The notes under the pieces are model-generated. The model made no database searches and was not told the DNA's origin. It worked only from the letters and a program-made list of their open reading frames with translations. Shown here in pieces: positions 28,628-38,836 of a stretch of DNA of 64,000 bases. Source of the DNA: a virus (taxonomy: Duplodnaviria > Caudoviricetes). The DNA lies in the IMG/VR virus record IMGVR_UViG_3300002054_000008, positions 1-64,000 of that record; one strand, written 5' to 3'. The first letter of the stretch is position 1, and each line of letters begins with the position of its first letter. A program made the position numbers and the translations under genes.

Positions 28628-29358
28628 TACGTTGCGCTCTCTCCAGTGAATACATCAGGGTCAGGGTTGACTACTAGGAATAGCGCTGTAACGCTTCTTA
28701 ATTCAGCATCAAGAGCGGGGTTTAATGCCCCAACAGCTTCATAGTATTTTCCCCTCATTTTATCTTTCAAAGCATTCATATCAGCCTCGAAGTGGGTCAC
28801 AGAAATATTATCCTCTGTGTGAGTTTTGATAAGGGTCAGAGACATAATCTCTAACGCAGAACAGGCAGCAGCATATCTAATAGCTTGGTTAGCTAACTGT
28901 GCAGTGTAACCCCCGCCAACGAGGGCAGCATCTAAATCTGTAGTACCAAGGTCTGTACTGTTCTTAACAGTCAAGTATGTCTGGTGAAGGTCAATCATTT
29001 CATCAGGTAATACTAGGTCGGTAGCACCGACAGAATTTCTAACATCATTTTCAGTGATGATGTATTTAGGCGCAGCTACTACCATAATAGTAATTCGGTT
29101 AGTATATGTGGTAGAATTAACATCATACTGGTACTTGAGTACGAATGTTCCCTCTGCGCCTGTGGTTGGTGTTGCTAGGGTGATAACCGTTTCGGTATCA
29201 GCAGCACCTAGTGTTGGAGTTTGCGTGGCCAGTGTAACTGTACCATCCAGTTGAGTTACTCCATAAGTGAAAGTACCAGTATCTGGCACAACAAGTTGCC
29301 CTTGTGAGCCTTTAAACTCTACTGGAATATTTGCTGTGTCAGATACTGTAATGTACAT
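28627..29358 (-). CDS. Putative head-tail adaptor
   Basis: Ig-like N-terminus then YIITENDVR helical adaptor-like domain. Confidence 0.55.
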   Translation of the reverse strand: MYITVSDTANIPVEFKGSQGQLVVPDTGTFTYGVTQLDGTVTLATQTPTLGAADTETVITLATPTTGAEGTFVLKYQYDVNSTTYTNRITIMVVAAPKYIITENDVRNSVGATDLVLPDEMIDLHQTYLTVKNSTDLGTTDLDAALVGGGYTAQLANQAIRYAAACSALEIMSLTLIKTHTEDNISVTHFEADMNALKDKMRGKYYEAVGALNPALDAELRSVTALFLVVNPDPDVFTGESAT

Positions 29359-29798
29359 TAGTCGTTACCCTCTTGGGCTTTAGCAGCTTCTGCCTGTGCC
29401 TTAGCATGGGCTTCGTCAGCTTCTTTTTGTTTTGCAGCTTCTGCTTTGATTCTTTCAGCTTCGGCTTTCTTTGTTTCAGCAGCTTTCTTCTTAGATGCTG
29501 ATGCAGACTTAGCAGCGGCTTGTGCAGCAGCAGGGTCAGCTTTTTCATTATCAAGGACAGCGGCAGCGATTGCGGCCTTTGCATCCTTCTTATAAGCTTC
29601 TAGGAACTCTTCATCAGTCATCTTAGTTTCGCCCAAGATAATTAGTGAGTTACGGCTAGAGGCAATCTGCACTTGGCTATCGTTCTGAACGACATGTGGT
29701 CGTCCTGATACATAGATTTGTGGTACTTGACGATTTAGGTGGTAACCAAAACCATCGGGTGCTTTAACAAGCATTGTTTTAGGTGTTTTCTTAGTCAT
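29358..29798 (-). CDS. Hypothetical virion-associated protein with Ala/Lys/Glu-rich tail
   Basis: GGGAG RBS before MTKKTPK. Confidence 0.6.
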   Translation of the reverse strand: MTKKTPKTMLVKAPDGFGYHLNRQVPQIYVSGRPHVVQNDSQVQIASSRNSLIILGETKMTDEEFLEAYKKDAKAAIAAAVLDNEKADPAAAQAAAKSASASKKKAAETKKAEAERIKAEAAKQKEADEAHAKAQAEAAKAQEGND

Positions 29799-29824
29799 AG
29801 GATTCTCCCTGTTTAGACTGTTTC

Positions 29825-29864
29825 TTAATAATAACCCCACCCACTGTTGTCAATGGGTGGGGTT
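29825..29864 (-). terminator. Post-capsid hairpin terminator with embedded promoter TTGACA-N17-TATTAA
   Basis: 11-bp stem 29833-29843/29854-29864; -35 at 29853-29848, -10 at 29830-29825. Confidence 0.6.
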
Positions 29865-29887
29865 CAATTTTAACGATGTAGGCTAAC

Positions 29888-31063
29888 TTAGTTAGCGTAG
29901 TCGTACACGCTGCGAGTGTCAGAGAATACTAGGCGGTAACCTGTGTTCTCAGTCTTCGTCATAGTGATAGTTTGGTTAAGGATATTACGCTCCTCTTCCT
30001 CAATATTACTATTTGCGCGTTTTAGTTCTTCAAGAGTCTCTGCACGAGAGAAACCAACTAGCTTACCTGCTGGTGCGAAACCAGAAAGTACAGGTGTGAT
30101 TGGCTGGTCGAAAATCGGGTTACGGTTAACTTGGATGCCAGCGCGACCTAGTTGCTCTGCTGCTGATGTAGTCTTGTCGTCGTTATTACCGAACAACATA
30201 GTCCACTGGAAGAAAGCGTCGTAGTTCATAACTACTGTGTCAACAGGAATACCTGCTGCTGCTCTATCCATCAGCCAACGGAAGAAACGATGCCATTGGA
30301 TTTGACCCGCAGTGTTAGCAGGTGCTCCAGTTACTCCAGAAATTGTAGACTGTGTTACAACAGGAGCGGCGTTGTTATTTCCATCACCATTTACAAGAAC
30401 GTCAACAGCTTGTTCAGCTTTTGAGATTTCTAGCTCACGGGCAATACGCGCTAGGAAAGGCGTCAGTACGTCAAGGCGAACATTACGCTCGAACTCATAA
30501 GTTGTGCGGATAGCAGAACCATGCTTGAAGATTTGAACCTTGCTTTCACCAGCTTTGATTGAGCGTACAGGGATTTTAGAACCTTCTGGCACATAGCGTG
30601 TACCACGATTCTCTGCATCACCGTCGTCCAATTCAACCCGAACTGTCATCTCGTCCGCATCAATAGTGCGAGAGTTGGCAATCAGATTAGAAGCTGATTC
30701 GATGTTGTCAAGACGCACTTTCCATTGGATAATGTCGTCAATAACTTCCTTAAATAGGATTTTAGTCCCAGGCCGTGTTTGGAATGTTTCCGCAGCGGCT
30801 TGGAGAACCATGCCGTTTGAGAAATCATCACGCACAGGCATGTTGAGTTCCATCAACGCAACTTCGTAACCGCTGTGGTCGCCCACTGGCTCGATAGTTA
30901 GGTCGAGGTAATCACGAACAGAAACCCCGTATTTCTGGCATTGGTGAAGGATTGCACGACCAGCACTGGCAGAGGCATCTGGTGATTCACCGTCGCCTAG
31001 TTTACCAAGGATAGTTTTTGCATCGCTACGCTTTGCCAATAGGTCTAAAATTGAATATCTCAT
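29888..31063 (-). CDS. Major capsid protein
   Basis: 391 aa after decoration gene; VPEG..IP, KHG.AI..TYE, LVNGDGN; followed by terminator. Confidence 0.88.
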   Translation of the reverse strand: MRYSILDLLAKRSDAKTILGKLGDGESPDASASAGRAILHQCQKYGVSVRDYLDLTIEPVGDHSGYEVALMELNMPVRDDFSNGMVLQAAAETFQTRPGTKILFKEVIDDIIQWKVRLDNIESASNLIANSRTIDADEMTVRVELDDGDAENRGTRYVPEGSKIPVRSIKAGESKVQIFKHGSAIRTTYEFERNVRLDVLTPFLARIARELEISKAEQAVDVLVNGDGNNNAAPVVTQSTISGVTGAPANTAGQIQWHRFFRWLMDRAAAGIPVDTVVMNYDAFFQWTMLFGNNDDKTTSAAEQLGRAGIQVNRNPIFDQPITPVLSGFAPAGKLVGFSRAETLEELKRANSNIEEEERNILNQTITMTKTENTGYRLVFSDTRSVYDYAN

Positions 31064-31075
31064 TCTATTATCTCC

Positions 31076-31462
31076 TTAACCTAATACAACTTCAACTGTG
31101 TCGGTTAGTACCTTAAACACAATCGGTTGTCCTGCTGCGGCTGCTGCTCCAGAGGATTTAGTAACCCCTGCTGTAGCACTACCCACAAGTCCCTCACCTA
31201 ACGCAGGTGCTGTACCTGTGAATGGGAATGAGAAACCTCCTTTAAGAGTAACAGTACCGATTTTAAAATCGCCTCTGTCCTCAAACGTATCAAGACGACC
31301 CATGATAACCTCGTTATCACCTGTCAACTTCATAGTCATTGCTGCGGAAGTATCAATAGTTACTGCCTTTCCAAGGTCGGCTTCTGTTACAGAAGACTCA
31401 AGGAAAAAAGCGTAAGTAAATTCTTCAGCGTATAGAGCGTTTAAACTTAGATTCAAAGCCAT
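31076..31462 (-). CDS. Head decoration protein
   Basis: 128 aa Gly/Ala-rich beta protein between scaffold and MCP. Confidence 0.65.
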   Translation of the reverse strand: MALNLSLNALYAEEFTYAFFLESSVTEADLGKAVTIDTSAAMTMKLTGDNEVIMGRLDTFEDRGDFKIGTVTLKGGFSFPFTGTAPALGEGLVGSATAGVTKSSGAAAAAGQPIVFKVLTDTVEVVLG

Positions 31463-32721
31463 TATTTGTCTCCACGATTAGCTTTCAAGAAAGCCATCTT
31501 TTTTGCTTGCTCTGATTCAGAGGCTGCTGGTGTAGTACCTGCTGCACCGCTTTCAGAAGCGTGTAACTGGTGTAGGGCTACGCCAGTCTCCTTAATGAAA
31601 TCAACCTTTTGGGTTGCAGTCATGTTTGCTGTATCAACATCTTTCTTACCAGATGCTGTCACTGCGGCAGCGAGTTGAGTGTCCATGAAGTCAGTAACAA
31701 TCTTTAGCTCAGCTTTGGAATCCGCAGGAGCGTCTTCAAGTTTGGCTTTAAGGTCAGTTACCTCAGTTTCAAGGGTAGTCTTATCGGCTGTCAGTGTTGC
31801 CACTGATGCAGTTAATTCGGTGTTGGAAGCAGTTAGTTCAGTAACCTTAGCATCGGATGCGTCGAGTTTCGCTGTAAGTTGTCCTACTTCTGCACCTTTG
31901 TCGGCTAGTTGTGATAGAATCAATTTAGCGTCCATATCAAAGTCTCCTTTGGGTGTAGTTTCCTTCGACGCTTTTTCCGTCGAAGAGAAAGTTACTAGGT
32001 CAGCAATGTCAAATTCAGCATTTGCTGCTAGTTTCCTGAACATACCACTATCCTCGTAAGTCTTAGATAGCTTCTGCTTGCTAGAGCTACTAATTGTAGC
32101 TCCGTTTGAAGCCCCGCGAACAACGAGGCTCAATTCTGTCCATGAACGTAAACCTTTAGCGATACCGTGGGTCTCTCCAGCATCAATGCTGTTCCCTTCG
32201 TCATCTGTACGCTCATAAAAATTCATAATATCTGCATCTTCTCCGAACCAGTCGAACTGTGGATTTGCAGATGAAAGTAGTTGTTTGAAAGCTGCACCAA
32301 TGCTGACTTCTGAAATCAGTCCATTGTCAATATCTCTTGTGTGCTGCGCTCGGACTGTATTACCATCAGTCTCAGGATTGGGCATGGCGAATAGAACTCT
32401 AAGCTCGTGATTAAGACCATCTTCCGTAGGATATACGGCTCCCTCAAAGACTTTACCAGATGGTGTTACTTGGTCTCCACCAATATCGTGTTGTAGAATA
32501 AGAGGTACGAAGCCTCCTTCTGCGTTAAGTTGTGTGGCCATTTCCTGTAGAACTGATTCTAGGATAGTGGCACGGTCAAAAATAGTTCCTCTTTTATTCA
32601 AAGGTCTAGTGGTTACAGCAACAGTTTCAAAGACATAGAAATTCTCTGCCTTGAGTTCAGGGTCATCAAATCCACGCTGCATGGATTGTAGCATTCTGTC
32701 TGTAATGTTAATTCGTTTCAC
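31462..32721 (-). CDS. Prohead protease/scaffold fusion
   Basis: LQHD, EVSIG, ELSLVVRGA protease motifs; C-terminal coiled coil. Confidence 0.8.
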   Translation of the reverse strand: MKRINITDRMLQSMQRGFDDPELKAENFYVFETVAVTTRPLNKRGTIFDRATILESVLQEMATQLNAEGGFVPLILQHDIGGDQVTPSGKVFEGAVYPTEDGLNHELRVLFAMPNPETDGNTVRAQHTRDIDNGLISEVSIGAAFKQLLSSANPQFDWFGEDADIMNFYERTDDEGNSIDAGETHGIAKGLRSWTELSLVVRGASNGATISSSSKQKLSKTYEDSGMFRKLAANAEFDIADLVTFSSTEKASKETTPKGDFDMDAKLILSQLADKGAEVGQLTAKLDASDAKVTELTASNTELTASVATLTADKTTLETEVTDLKAKLEDAPADSKAELKIVTDFMDTQLAAAVTASGKKDVDTANMTATQKVDFIKETGVALHQLHASESGAAGTTPAASESEQAKKMAFLKANRGDK

Positions 32722-32745
32722 TAGAGTTACCTACTTATGTTGTTT

Positions 32746-32774
32746 TTAATACTTCAAGCCTTATTTCATTGCAA
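32746..32774 (-). promoter_or_regulatory. Putative late promoter TTGCAA-N17-TATTAA
   Basis: Upstream of protease; same -10 as the promoter at 29825-29853. Confidence 0.55.
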
Positions 32775-32786
32775 GAATTATCTTCG

Positions 32787-33122
32787 TCATAGGGACGCTT
32801 TCACTGCGTCCTTGATTCCTTGAATATTACCAGCGAGGATTAGAGCGTCAAATGCACCAGAGTTTAATTGGTGTTCAATATTGTTATGAATACTATTAAA
32901 TTCAGTCGCTACTTGTTTTCGTCCTTCCAACAAAACATACTCGCTCATAAAGGCCGCAGCTACTCCTGATGCGTGTTGTTGAAACGTGATAGGGTTAGGA
33001 ATAATTGGGTAACTGTCTCCTACCATTTCTTGGGTAGTGTCCTCAATAGTAGGTGTCCATCCCCGTGCCATAGCTAAAGCCATTGCTACACTATCCTGAA
33101 TTTCGAATGCAATTTGCGCCAT
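32787..33122 (-). CDS. Hypothetical protein
   Basis: Start coupled to the upstream stop (TAATG), GGGAG RBS. Confidence 0.6.
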   Translation of the reverse strand: MAQIAFEIQDSVAMALAMARGWTPTIEDTTQEMVGDSYPIIPNPITFQQHASGVAAAFMSEYVLLEGRKQVATEFNSIHNNIEHQLNSGAFDALILAGNIQGIKDAVKASL

Positions 33123-34657
33123 TATGCAAGCTCCCATGTTTCAATACCCGTAGGGGCAATTTTTCTCTTATATAGTAAACCATCAGTACCAGTTGTGATT
33201 TCTGCTTTCAAGTGAGCAGGTGTCCAACCGAGGGTTAGAGTTTCATCATCTTGTGTAACGATGGCTGTCGTGGTTGTACCATTCTGTGAACGAATAGTCG
33301 GAATGTAAGTAGGTGTACCATTTTGTACAACTACAGTAATAGGAACATCTGCTGTAACGATACCCGCTAATAATGCTCCATTTAAAGTAATAGAACCACT
33401 AGATGTTTCGTTAGCAACCAAACCAGCAGTTGGGTGGTATTGGTCTTCTGGAGTGGTAACAGTTACACCACTTCTCTGTAGGGGAACGGTGTAAGCTAAA
33501 TCTAGTAAACCCGTTGTGGTATTGTATTCCCAAATCTTGGCTTCACCAACATAGGGGGAAGCAATAGCCACACCTGAATCACCCCCATCTCCAGTGTCAG
33601 CAATAAATAGTGGTTGAGCTACTACCTGAGACATTGCAGAAACAGGCATAGCTGGAGAAGCTTCAAGACCAGCAGAGTCAGCACCTGAATACCAGCAGCC
33701 TAATCCTGTCGTCAAAGTCCTCGTTGCACCATTAGGTTCATAATCTGTATCAGTTGCTCCTGTGCTATTCATATCTGTAGGAGAACCAGCCGACGTGGTG
33801 AATGTCCCTTCTGCTCCATCCCTAACATAATAATTAGTGACAACATTGTTGTAAGGTGTAGAGAAATCCCCGTTTCTAGGCCAAGAGATTAAGTCATTGG
33901 ATAAAGGCATAACGAGACGGCTATCATAGAATCTTCCGATTGGGTTATAATCCATTTGGGCTGAGTGACAGGCCATCACTGGATTTGTTGCACTGATAAT
34001 GTATTCTTGGTTACCGCTGGTATGTAATCTATGATACGCCCAAGGTTCTAATTCAATATTCTCTTGACCTTGGATAGTTACTCCTGCCCCATTTGTGAGT
34101 TTTAAAGTTGATGCGATTGGCCCATTAACAACATGAATCCAACCTTGGTTAGTAGCTGAGTTGTTAGGGTTATAAGTCTGTCCATTTCGGAAGCAGTACA
34201 TGAAAGTTTCTTTGAATGATAATCCATAAGATAATAGAGGCATAGGACTTTCATCTGCGGCATCAACCTGTTCGGCAAAACCATAGAACCCTTGCGTTGA
34301 GGTGATAATAGCTCCCACTGGAACACCAGTGAAGCAAATAGGTTCACCTCTATTCATAAATTCTGGCCCGTATAAAGGAGTATCAGATAAGAAATCAGCA
34401 CCACTAGCATAAACAAATACTGTGTTACCTGCCCCTAATGATACTCCTTGTACCTTTCCAGAAGTAGTGTACCCCACGGCCAAGACCGTGAGGGCTGGTT
34501 GACCCGCTGCTGCGAGTAAACCTTGTTGTAAACCTAGAGTGCTACCTGCTGCAATTCCTGCAACAGAGTCAGGCGTCAAGGAGCCTCCAGCCAACAGACC
34601 ACGTACATCTGTTCCGATTGTTTCGAATGCTGACTGGAGGTTATCTTTTTGTGCCAT
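33122..34657 (-). CDS. Putative head-fibre/adhesin virion protein
   Basis: 511 aa Gly/Thr/Ser-rich beta protein; N-terminal AFETIGTDVR motif shared with neighbour. Confidence 0.55.
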   Translation of the reverse strand: MAQKDNLQSAFETIGTDVRGLLAGGSLTPDSVAGIAAGSTLGLQQGLLAAAGQPALTVLAVGYTTSGKVQGVSLGAGNTVFVYASGADFLSDTPLYGPEFMNRGEPICFTGVPVGAIITSTQGFYGFAEQVDAADESPMPLLSYGLSFKETFMYCFRNGQTYNPNNSATNQGWIHVVNGPIASTLKLTNGAGVTIQGQENIELEPWAYHRLHTSGNQEYIISATNPVMACHSAQMDYNPIGRFYDSRLVMPLSNDLISWPRNGDFSTPYNNVVTNYYVRDGAEGTFTTSAGSPTDMNSTGATDTDYEPNGATRTLTTGLGCWYSGADSAGLEASPAMPVSAMSQVVAQPLFIADTGDGGDSGVAIASPYVGEAKIWEYNTTTGLLDLAYTVPLQRSGVTVTTPEDQYHPTAGLVANETSSGSITLNGALLAGIVTADVPITVVVQNGTPTYIPTIRSQNGTTTTAIVTQDDETLTLGWTPAHLKAEITTGTDGLLYKRKIAPTGIETWELA

Positions 34658-34660
34658 GAT

Positions 34661-35218
34661 TTAAGCAGCATCCCTCGCAGTTGTATATGCCGCAGCATAA
34701 TCAAATGTAGGGTCACCAATACCAAGGTTGGTACAAGCTGTTAGTTGCTGTGGGGCTGTTAGAGATTGTGCAGAATCGTAACGAAGACGATTATCCATAG
34801 CAGTCAATAGTCCTGCAATAACTGTATCATCAGCTTGCAATTCGTTTTGAATTTCAATCAATGAGTCATAAGCAGCACCAGCACCATTAGTAATCTGGTT
34901 AACAGCGGCAGTTGTCGCGGCAGAAATAGCTGCTGCTTCACGAGCGGCAACATGGTCTGATACGTCTTGCGTACTTGCCCATGCGCTGATTGAAGGAGCG
35001 GCGATAGTTCCTTTAGCAGCTTGTACACGAGCGTCAGTTTCCGTCTGCCCCCAAGCTACACCCGCTGCATCTACAGCAGCTTTTAGTTCATTCATAGCAA
35101 GAACAATGCTAGTTTTTTCAGTCGTCGTCAGGGCAGAAAGGTCAGCGGCTTTACCATTTAGTAAAGTCCAGATGACTTTAACGTCTGCTCCGACTGCGGA
35201 AGCGAATGGTGATTTCAA
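34661..35218 (-). CDS. Putative head-fibre scaffold protein (5' end possibly frameshifted)
   Basis: VGADVK, LTTTEKTSIVLAMNELK, RYDSAQSLT..QQ..AC.NLGIG motifs. Confidence 0.6.
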   Translation of the reverse strand: MKSPFASAVGADVKVIWTLLNGKAADLSALTTTEKTSIVLAMNELKAAVDAAGVAWGQTETDARVQAAKGTIAAPSISAWASTQDVSDHVAAREAAAISAATTAAVNQITNGAGAAYDSLIEIQNELQADDTVIAGLLTAMDNRLRYDSAQSLTAPQQLTACTNLGIGDPTFDYAAAYTTARDAA

Positions 35219-35224
35219 TATCCA

Positions 35225-35554
35225 TTACAACCTCGTGATTCCTCGTCGTAAGAAGATTTTACCCTCCGCGACGAATGCTTGGTCATCATCATCAAGCAAC
35301 TCTACAATATCGAAGTAATATTCCCCTTGAGTGAGCGTCCTTACAATGCTGTAAGGAACACTCATTCGCAGCACCCCGTTTGCCTCTGCTAGTAAAGTAC
35401 CTGCTGTGGTACTTAGAATTAGTTCAGGACTGGTATTACGCAAATCAGACATGATACCCATTGCGAAATTCTTACCTGTAATATTTAGTGGTGTTCCAGC
35501 GGCGTCTTTTAGAACCAGACCCACATCCCATCTGCCGTTAGTTGGAAATGCCAT
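35225..35554 (-). CDS. Small Ig/BppU-like virion protein
   Basis: LKD..GTPLNITG...G.YYFDI...EGKI....GIT pattern. Confidence 0.55.
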   Translation of the reverse strand: MAFPTNGRWDVGLVLKDAAGTPLNITGKNFAMGIMSDLRNTSPELILSTTAGTLLAEANGVLRMSVPYSIVRTLTQGEYYFDIVELLDDDDQAFVAEGKIFLRRGITRL

Positions 35555-37005
35555 TACTTACCTGCCTGATTACTTTTTGCAGCCCCATCCCCTTTAGATA
35601 CAGACCTGCCTAGTGGGTCTGCGTTAGGGCTAATATCACTGTCTGCCCCATCCCCTGCTTCCACAGGATTTAGGAAGTTGGTTCCTGAGAAATCTTGAAT
35701 ACCATCTGGTTTAGGTCTACCGAACATCTCTCTATGAAATTGTGTATCTGAAATTAGGCCGTAGCTAAGTAAGGTTAAGAACCTTGCTTGCTTAGTGGCC
35801 AACTGTGGTTCAAGCTCGTCTGGTGGACGCATTTCTGCCTTTTTAAATTCTACTCTTACAATACTTTCGGAACCCCCAAGTCTCATAGCGTAAGTGAACA
35901 TTTGGCTAAGGATATTGGCAACTGGAATATTTAACTGGTCAGAAGACATAGCGAAGATACGCGCTTCTGTTGTTGATGTGTTGATACCAGAATCGCCTCT
36001 ACCAATAACTGTGGCCATTGTTTTAAGGGCTGATTGGTTGGCACTATTAAGCACTTCGATGATAGCCTTAACATCCATACTCTTTGAAGGGCCACCTTCG
36101 TTTAGTAGACCAGCTTTAAAGGCATCTGTGTGAACAAGGGCAGAATCTGCTCTTAGACCATTAACCTGTGCTGTGATTGCGTTAATCTGGTCGGCCATCC
36201 ATTTCTTTGATAGAATAGGGTCGTCCTTGATATTTTCTGGCATAGACTTGCGTAGAACTTCCTCTGCTACCTCAATATCAATACGGGGGTAACCTGTTCT
36301 CTGCATAATCCTGTATAAATCATTGATAACCTGTTGTCTGGCTGCGATTGTGTTGACTGCTGCTGTGAAAGGTGAGCGGCTATAAATTTCAGTAGGATTC
36401 TGTCTGTAATCGTCATAGAAGAAATTTGAAATGTCCAAATTGATGGGGTCACCGTTCTGCTGCTCTTGAGAAGGTTTAAAGACATTAGGCTTGGTTTCAG
36501 TCCATCGTAATGAGGCTGTGTCCACATGTTTAATTTCAGAGGGCTGTAAGAATTTATCAAAAACCAGTTCGTTACTGATTGAACCTCTCATAAGAAGCAT
36601 GAACTTCATATCAGTCGCAATCTGCTTGAGATTCTTTTTTCGCTGGAATTTCAAGGTATAGTCGCTAACAGTGGTCAAGGCTGTTACCAGTTTCTGTACG
36701 TCTCTTAAACCCTCTGAATCTTCTTCCCCTTCTAAATCTGTAACGTGAATCTGATAATCCGTATCAGCTAGTGTCAAGTAAGCGTTTGCGGCTGCTGATA
36801 CATCAGGGTCTGAATACATCAGGGTCTTTACAAGCTCTTGGGTGTTATTTGCTGTCCTAGAAGTGAAAATATCTTCCAGATGCTCACGATAGGATGGAAG
36901 CGAGAGAGCGTTCCCCGTTCCGTCAAAGGTAGGCGTTGTAGAGACTGCCGCTTTCTTAGGATTTCCCTTTGGCGGCAGAATTTTAAAGGCGTCAAGAATG
37001 CTCAT
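35554..37005 (-). CDS. Portal protein
   Basis: 483 aa immediately after terminase; DPDVSAA, GYPR. Confidence 0.8.
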   Translation of the reverse strand: MSILDAFKILPPKGNPKKAAVSTTPTFDGTGNALSLPSYREHLEDIFTSRTANNTQELVKTLMYSDPDVSAAANAYLTLADTDYQIHVTDLEGEEDSEGLRDVQKLVTALTTVSDYTLKFQRKKNLKQIATDMKFMLLMRGSISNELVFDKFLQPSEIKHVDTASLRWTETKPNVFKPSQEQQNGDPINLDISNFFYDDYRQNPTEIYSRSPFTAAVNTIAARQQVINDLYRIMQRTGYPRIDIEVAEEVLRKSMPENIKDDPILSKKWMADQINAITAQVNGLRADSALVHTDAFKAGLLNEGGPSKSMDVKAIIEVLNSANQSALKTMATVIGRGDSGINTSTTEARIFAMSSDQLNIPVANILSQMFTYAMRLGGSESIVRVEFKKAEMRPPDELEPQLATKQARFLTLLSYGLISDTQFHREMFGRPKPDGIQDFSGTNFLNPVEAGDGADSDISPNADPLGRSVSKGDGAAKSNQAGK

Positions 37006-37027
37006 TTATAAATTCCGCGAAAAGTAG

Positions 37028-38794
37028 TTAGTTCAATACACGACTTGACACTATTCTGTCAACTGTTTTTCCTCCCCCAAAACCAATCAAGTGGTCGTGT
37101 GGGTCTTTATCACCAAGTTGAGCACCTGCGATAATAATGGACTCTCGTTTGTCCTCTTTCAATTTAATCTCTACAAGCTCTTTAGCTTCTGGAGCCGCAA
37201 GTAGGTAACCAAGTGAATGGAAGAAATGGTCTCGGTTAGTCAATTTCTTCCAGACAGCAGCTTTTTCATCAACATCTTCACGAACCATGTCGCGCAAATG
37301 CACCTCAAGGGTAGACTTATAAGTGCTATAACCCTCGAATTTCATATCCATTCTTTTCATACGAGTATGAACGAAATCTAGGGAGCCTGTTCGGTCTAAC
37401 TGATAATATTCGAGTTCTTTAAAGTCGTTGAGCTTAGCGCTGTTTCTGTTTGAGTATTGGGCAGGAACAATCTTACCGTTTGAGATTGCCATAATTTCTT
37501 CCGACTTTGGAGTGTAGGGTTGTCTATCAATTAAACCCCCAACCAGATTATAGTCCTTCATAATCTGTTTAACTTCTTTGACCAAATCTCTGACAGGTAC
37601 TGTTCTGAACGAGAATGGCTGCATATTGTTCTTGTTTGTACCTGTACCCAAGATGATGTTACAAATCTGACCCATATCAATACCAATCCATACAGGTCTG
37701 TCGCTACCGATGCTTGGTAGTAGGGGTGATACGTCTTTAAAAGCATGAGCGATAAGCTCGTGAGAAATCTGCATAGTACCATCAGAATAAGGCTCACCGA
37801 GGGTTGTGTTGTAGAAACCTCTAACAAATTCCTTACCCTTATACTGGATAAGTTGTTTGATGATGTATTCTGGAGGCAAGCGGTCTGTAGAGAACGGCGA
37901 GACTTTGTAGCCTCTGTATTCAGTAATGCTAGGGTGTGTAGCTACCCACTCTGTCAAGCTGTAGTCCTTCATATCTAAAGGGGAGTGACACTTCTCACAT
38001 TTCACGTAACAATCTTTGAAGTCGATGTGAGGAATGTGAACAGCCTCAATATCTGTTAGTAAGTCAACATCGTGAGGAAGTCCTCCAACGTGGACGAAGT
38101 TTCTGTTAAAGGCTGGTTCGTTGTGGTGACCACAGGCTCCGCACTTTCTCAGGAATACGTGCTTGTCTGATAATTCATATGTCTGGTGAACACCATAAGC
38201 TGGGAATGTGGGTGTAGAGAACTGCTGCTTCATCTTCCAGTCAGAGTTTTGCATACGAGAGTTTAGAAGAGCAATCATCTTCTGGTCTGATAAGTCAATT
38301 TCGTCAACGAACACTGCATCAGCGTCAATAGAGGTCGCGGCAGATTCGATAGCCGCAGCAATGTAAAGTTTAGAACGTCCAATCTCCATCAAATCTTTAC
38401 GCCTGATGGGTTTCATAACTGTTGGGCCGTTAAACACCTTATCTGTCTGCACGATAGGTCTAATACGAGCATCCGAGATACGTGTGTACATGGCTTCATT
38501 AGGTAAGGTGTAAATCAGGCTTGTACCTTGGTTACGCATGAGGAATGCCAGTGCTTTACGAATCTGCCCCTCGGTTAGTCCAACCTGTGAGGGTTTGATG
38601 CAGCAGAGGTTCAAGTGCATGTCATTTAGGATTTGCGTCTGGAAAGGGTATCTGTTAGTGCTAAATGGCTTTCTATCGAGAGTCGTGTTGGCGGTCATCC
38701 ACTCCACACCTGTCATATCTTTACTGTCTAACGAGAACCTATCGTTGATGCCTGACATTAAATTTTGAAATAATTGATTTTTCTGTTGACTCAT
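37028..38794 (-). CDS. Terminase large subunit, lambda gpA-like
   Basis: KPSQVGLTE Walker A, FVDEID Walker B, FSTPT, CxxC pairs, FYNTTLGEPY, GIDMG, DHFFH. Confidence 0.9.
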   Translation of the reverse strand: MSQQKNQLFQNLMSGINDRFSLDSKDMTGVEWMTANTTLDRKPFSTNRYPFQTQILNDMHLNLCCIKPSQVGLTEGQIRKALAFLMRNQGTSLIYTLPNEAMYTRISDARIRPIVQTDKVFNGPTVMKPIRRKDLMEIGRSKLYIAAAIESAATSIDADAVFVDEIDLSDQKMIALLNSRMQNSDWKMKQQFSTPTFPAYGVHQTYELSDKHVFLRKCGACGHHNEPAFNRNFVHVGGLPHDVDLLTDIEAVHIPHIDFKDCYVKCEKCHSPLDMKDYSLTEWVATHPSITEYRGYKVSPFSTDRLPPEYIIKQLIQYKGKEFVRGFYNTTLGEPYSDGTMQISHELIAHAFKDVSPLLPSIGSDRPVWIGIDMGQICNIILGTGTNKNNMQPFSFRTVPVRDLVKEVKQIMKDYNLVGGLIDRQPYTPKSEEIMAISNGKIVPAQYSNRNSAKLNDFKELEYYQLDRTGSLDFVHTRMKRMDMKFEGYSTYKSTLEVHLRDMVREDVDEKAAVWKKLTNRDHFFHSLGYLLAAPEAKELVEIKLKEDKRESIIIAGAQLGDKDPHDHLIGFGGGKTVDRIVSSRVLN

Positions 38795-38836
38795 GTATAT
38801 GCCGTGGGTATAAAACCTCAAATCAAGGAGATGACT

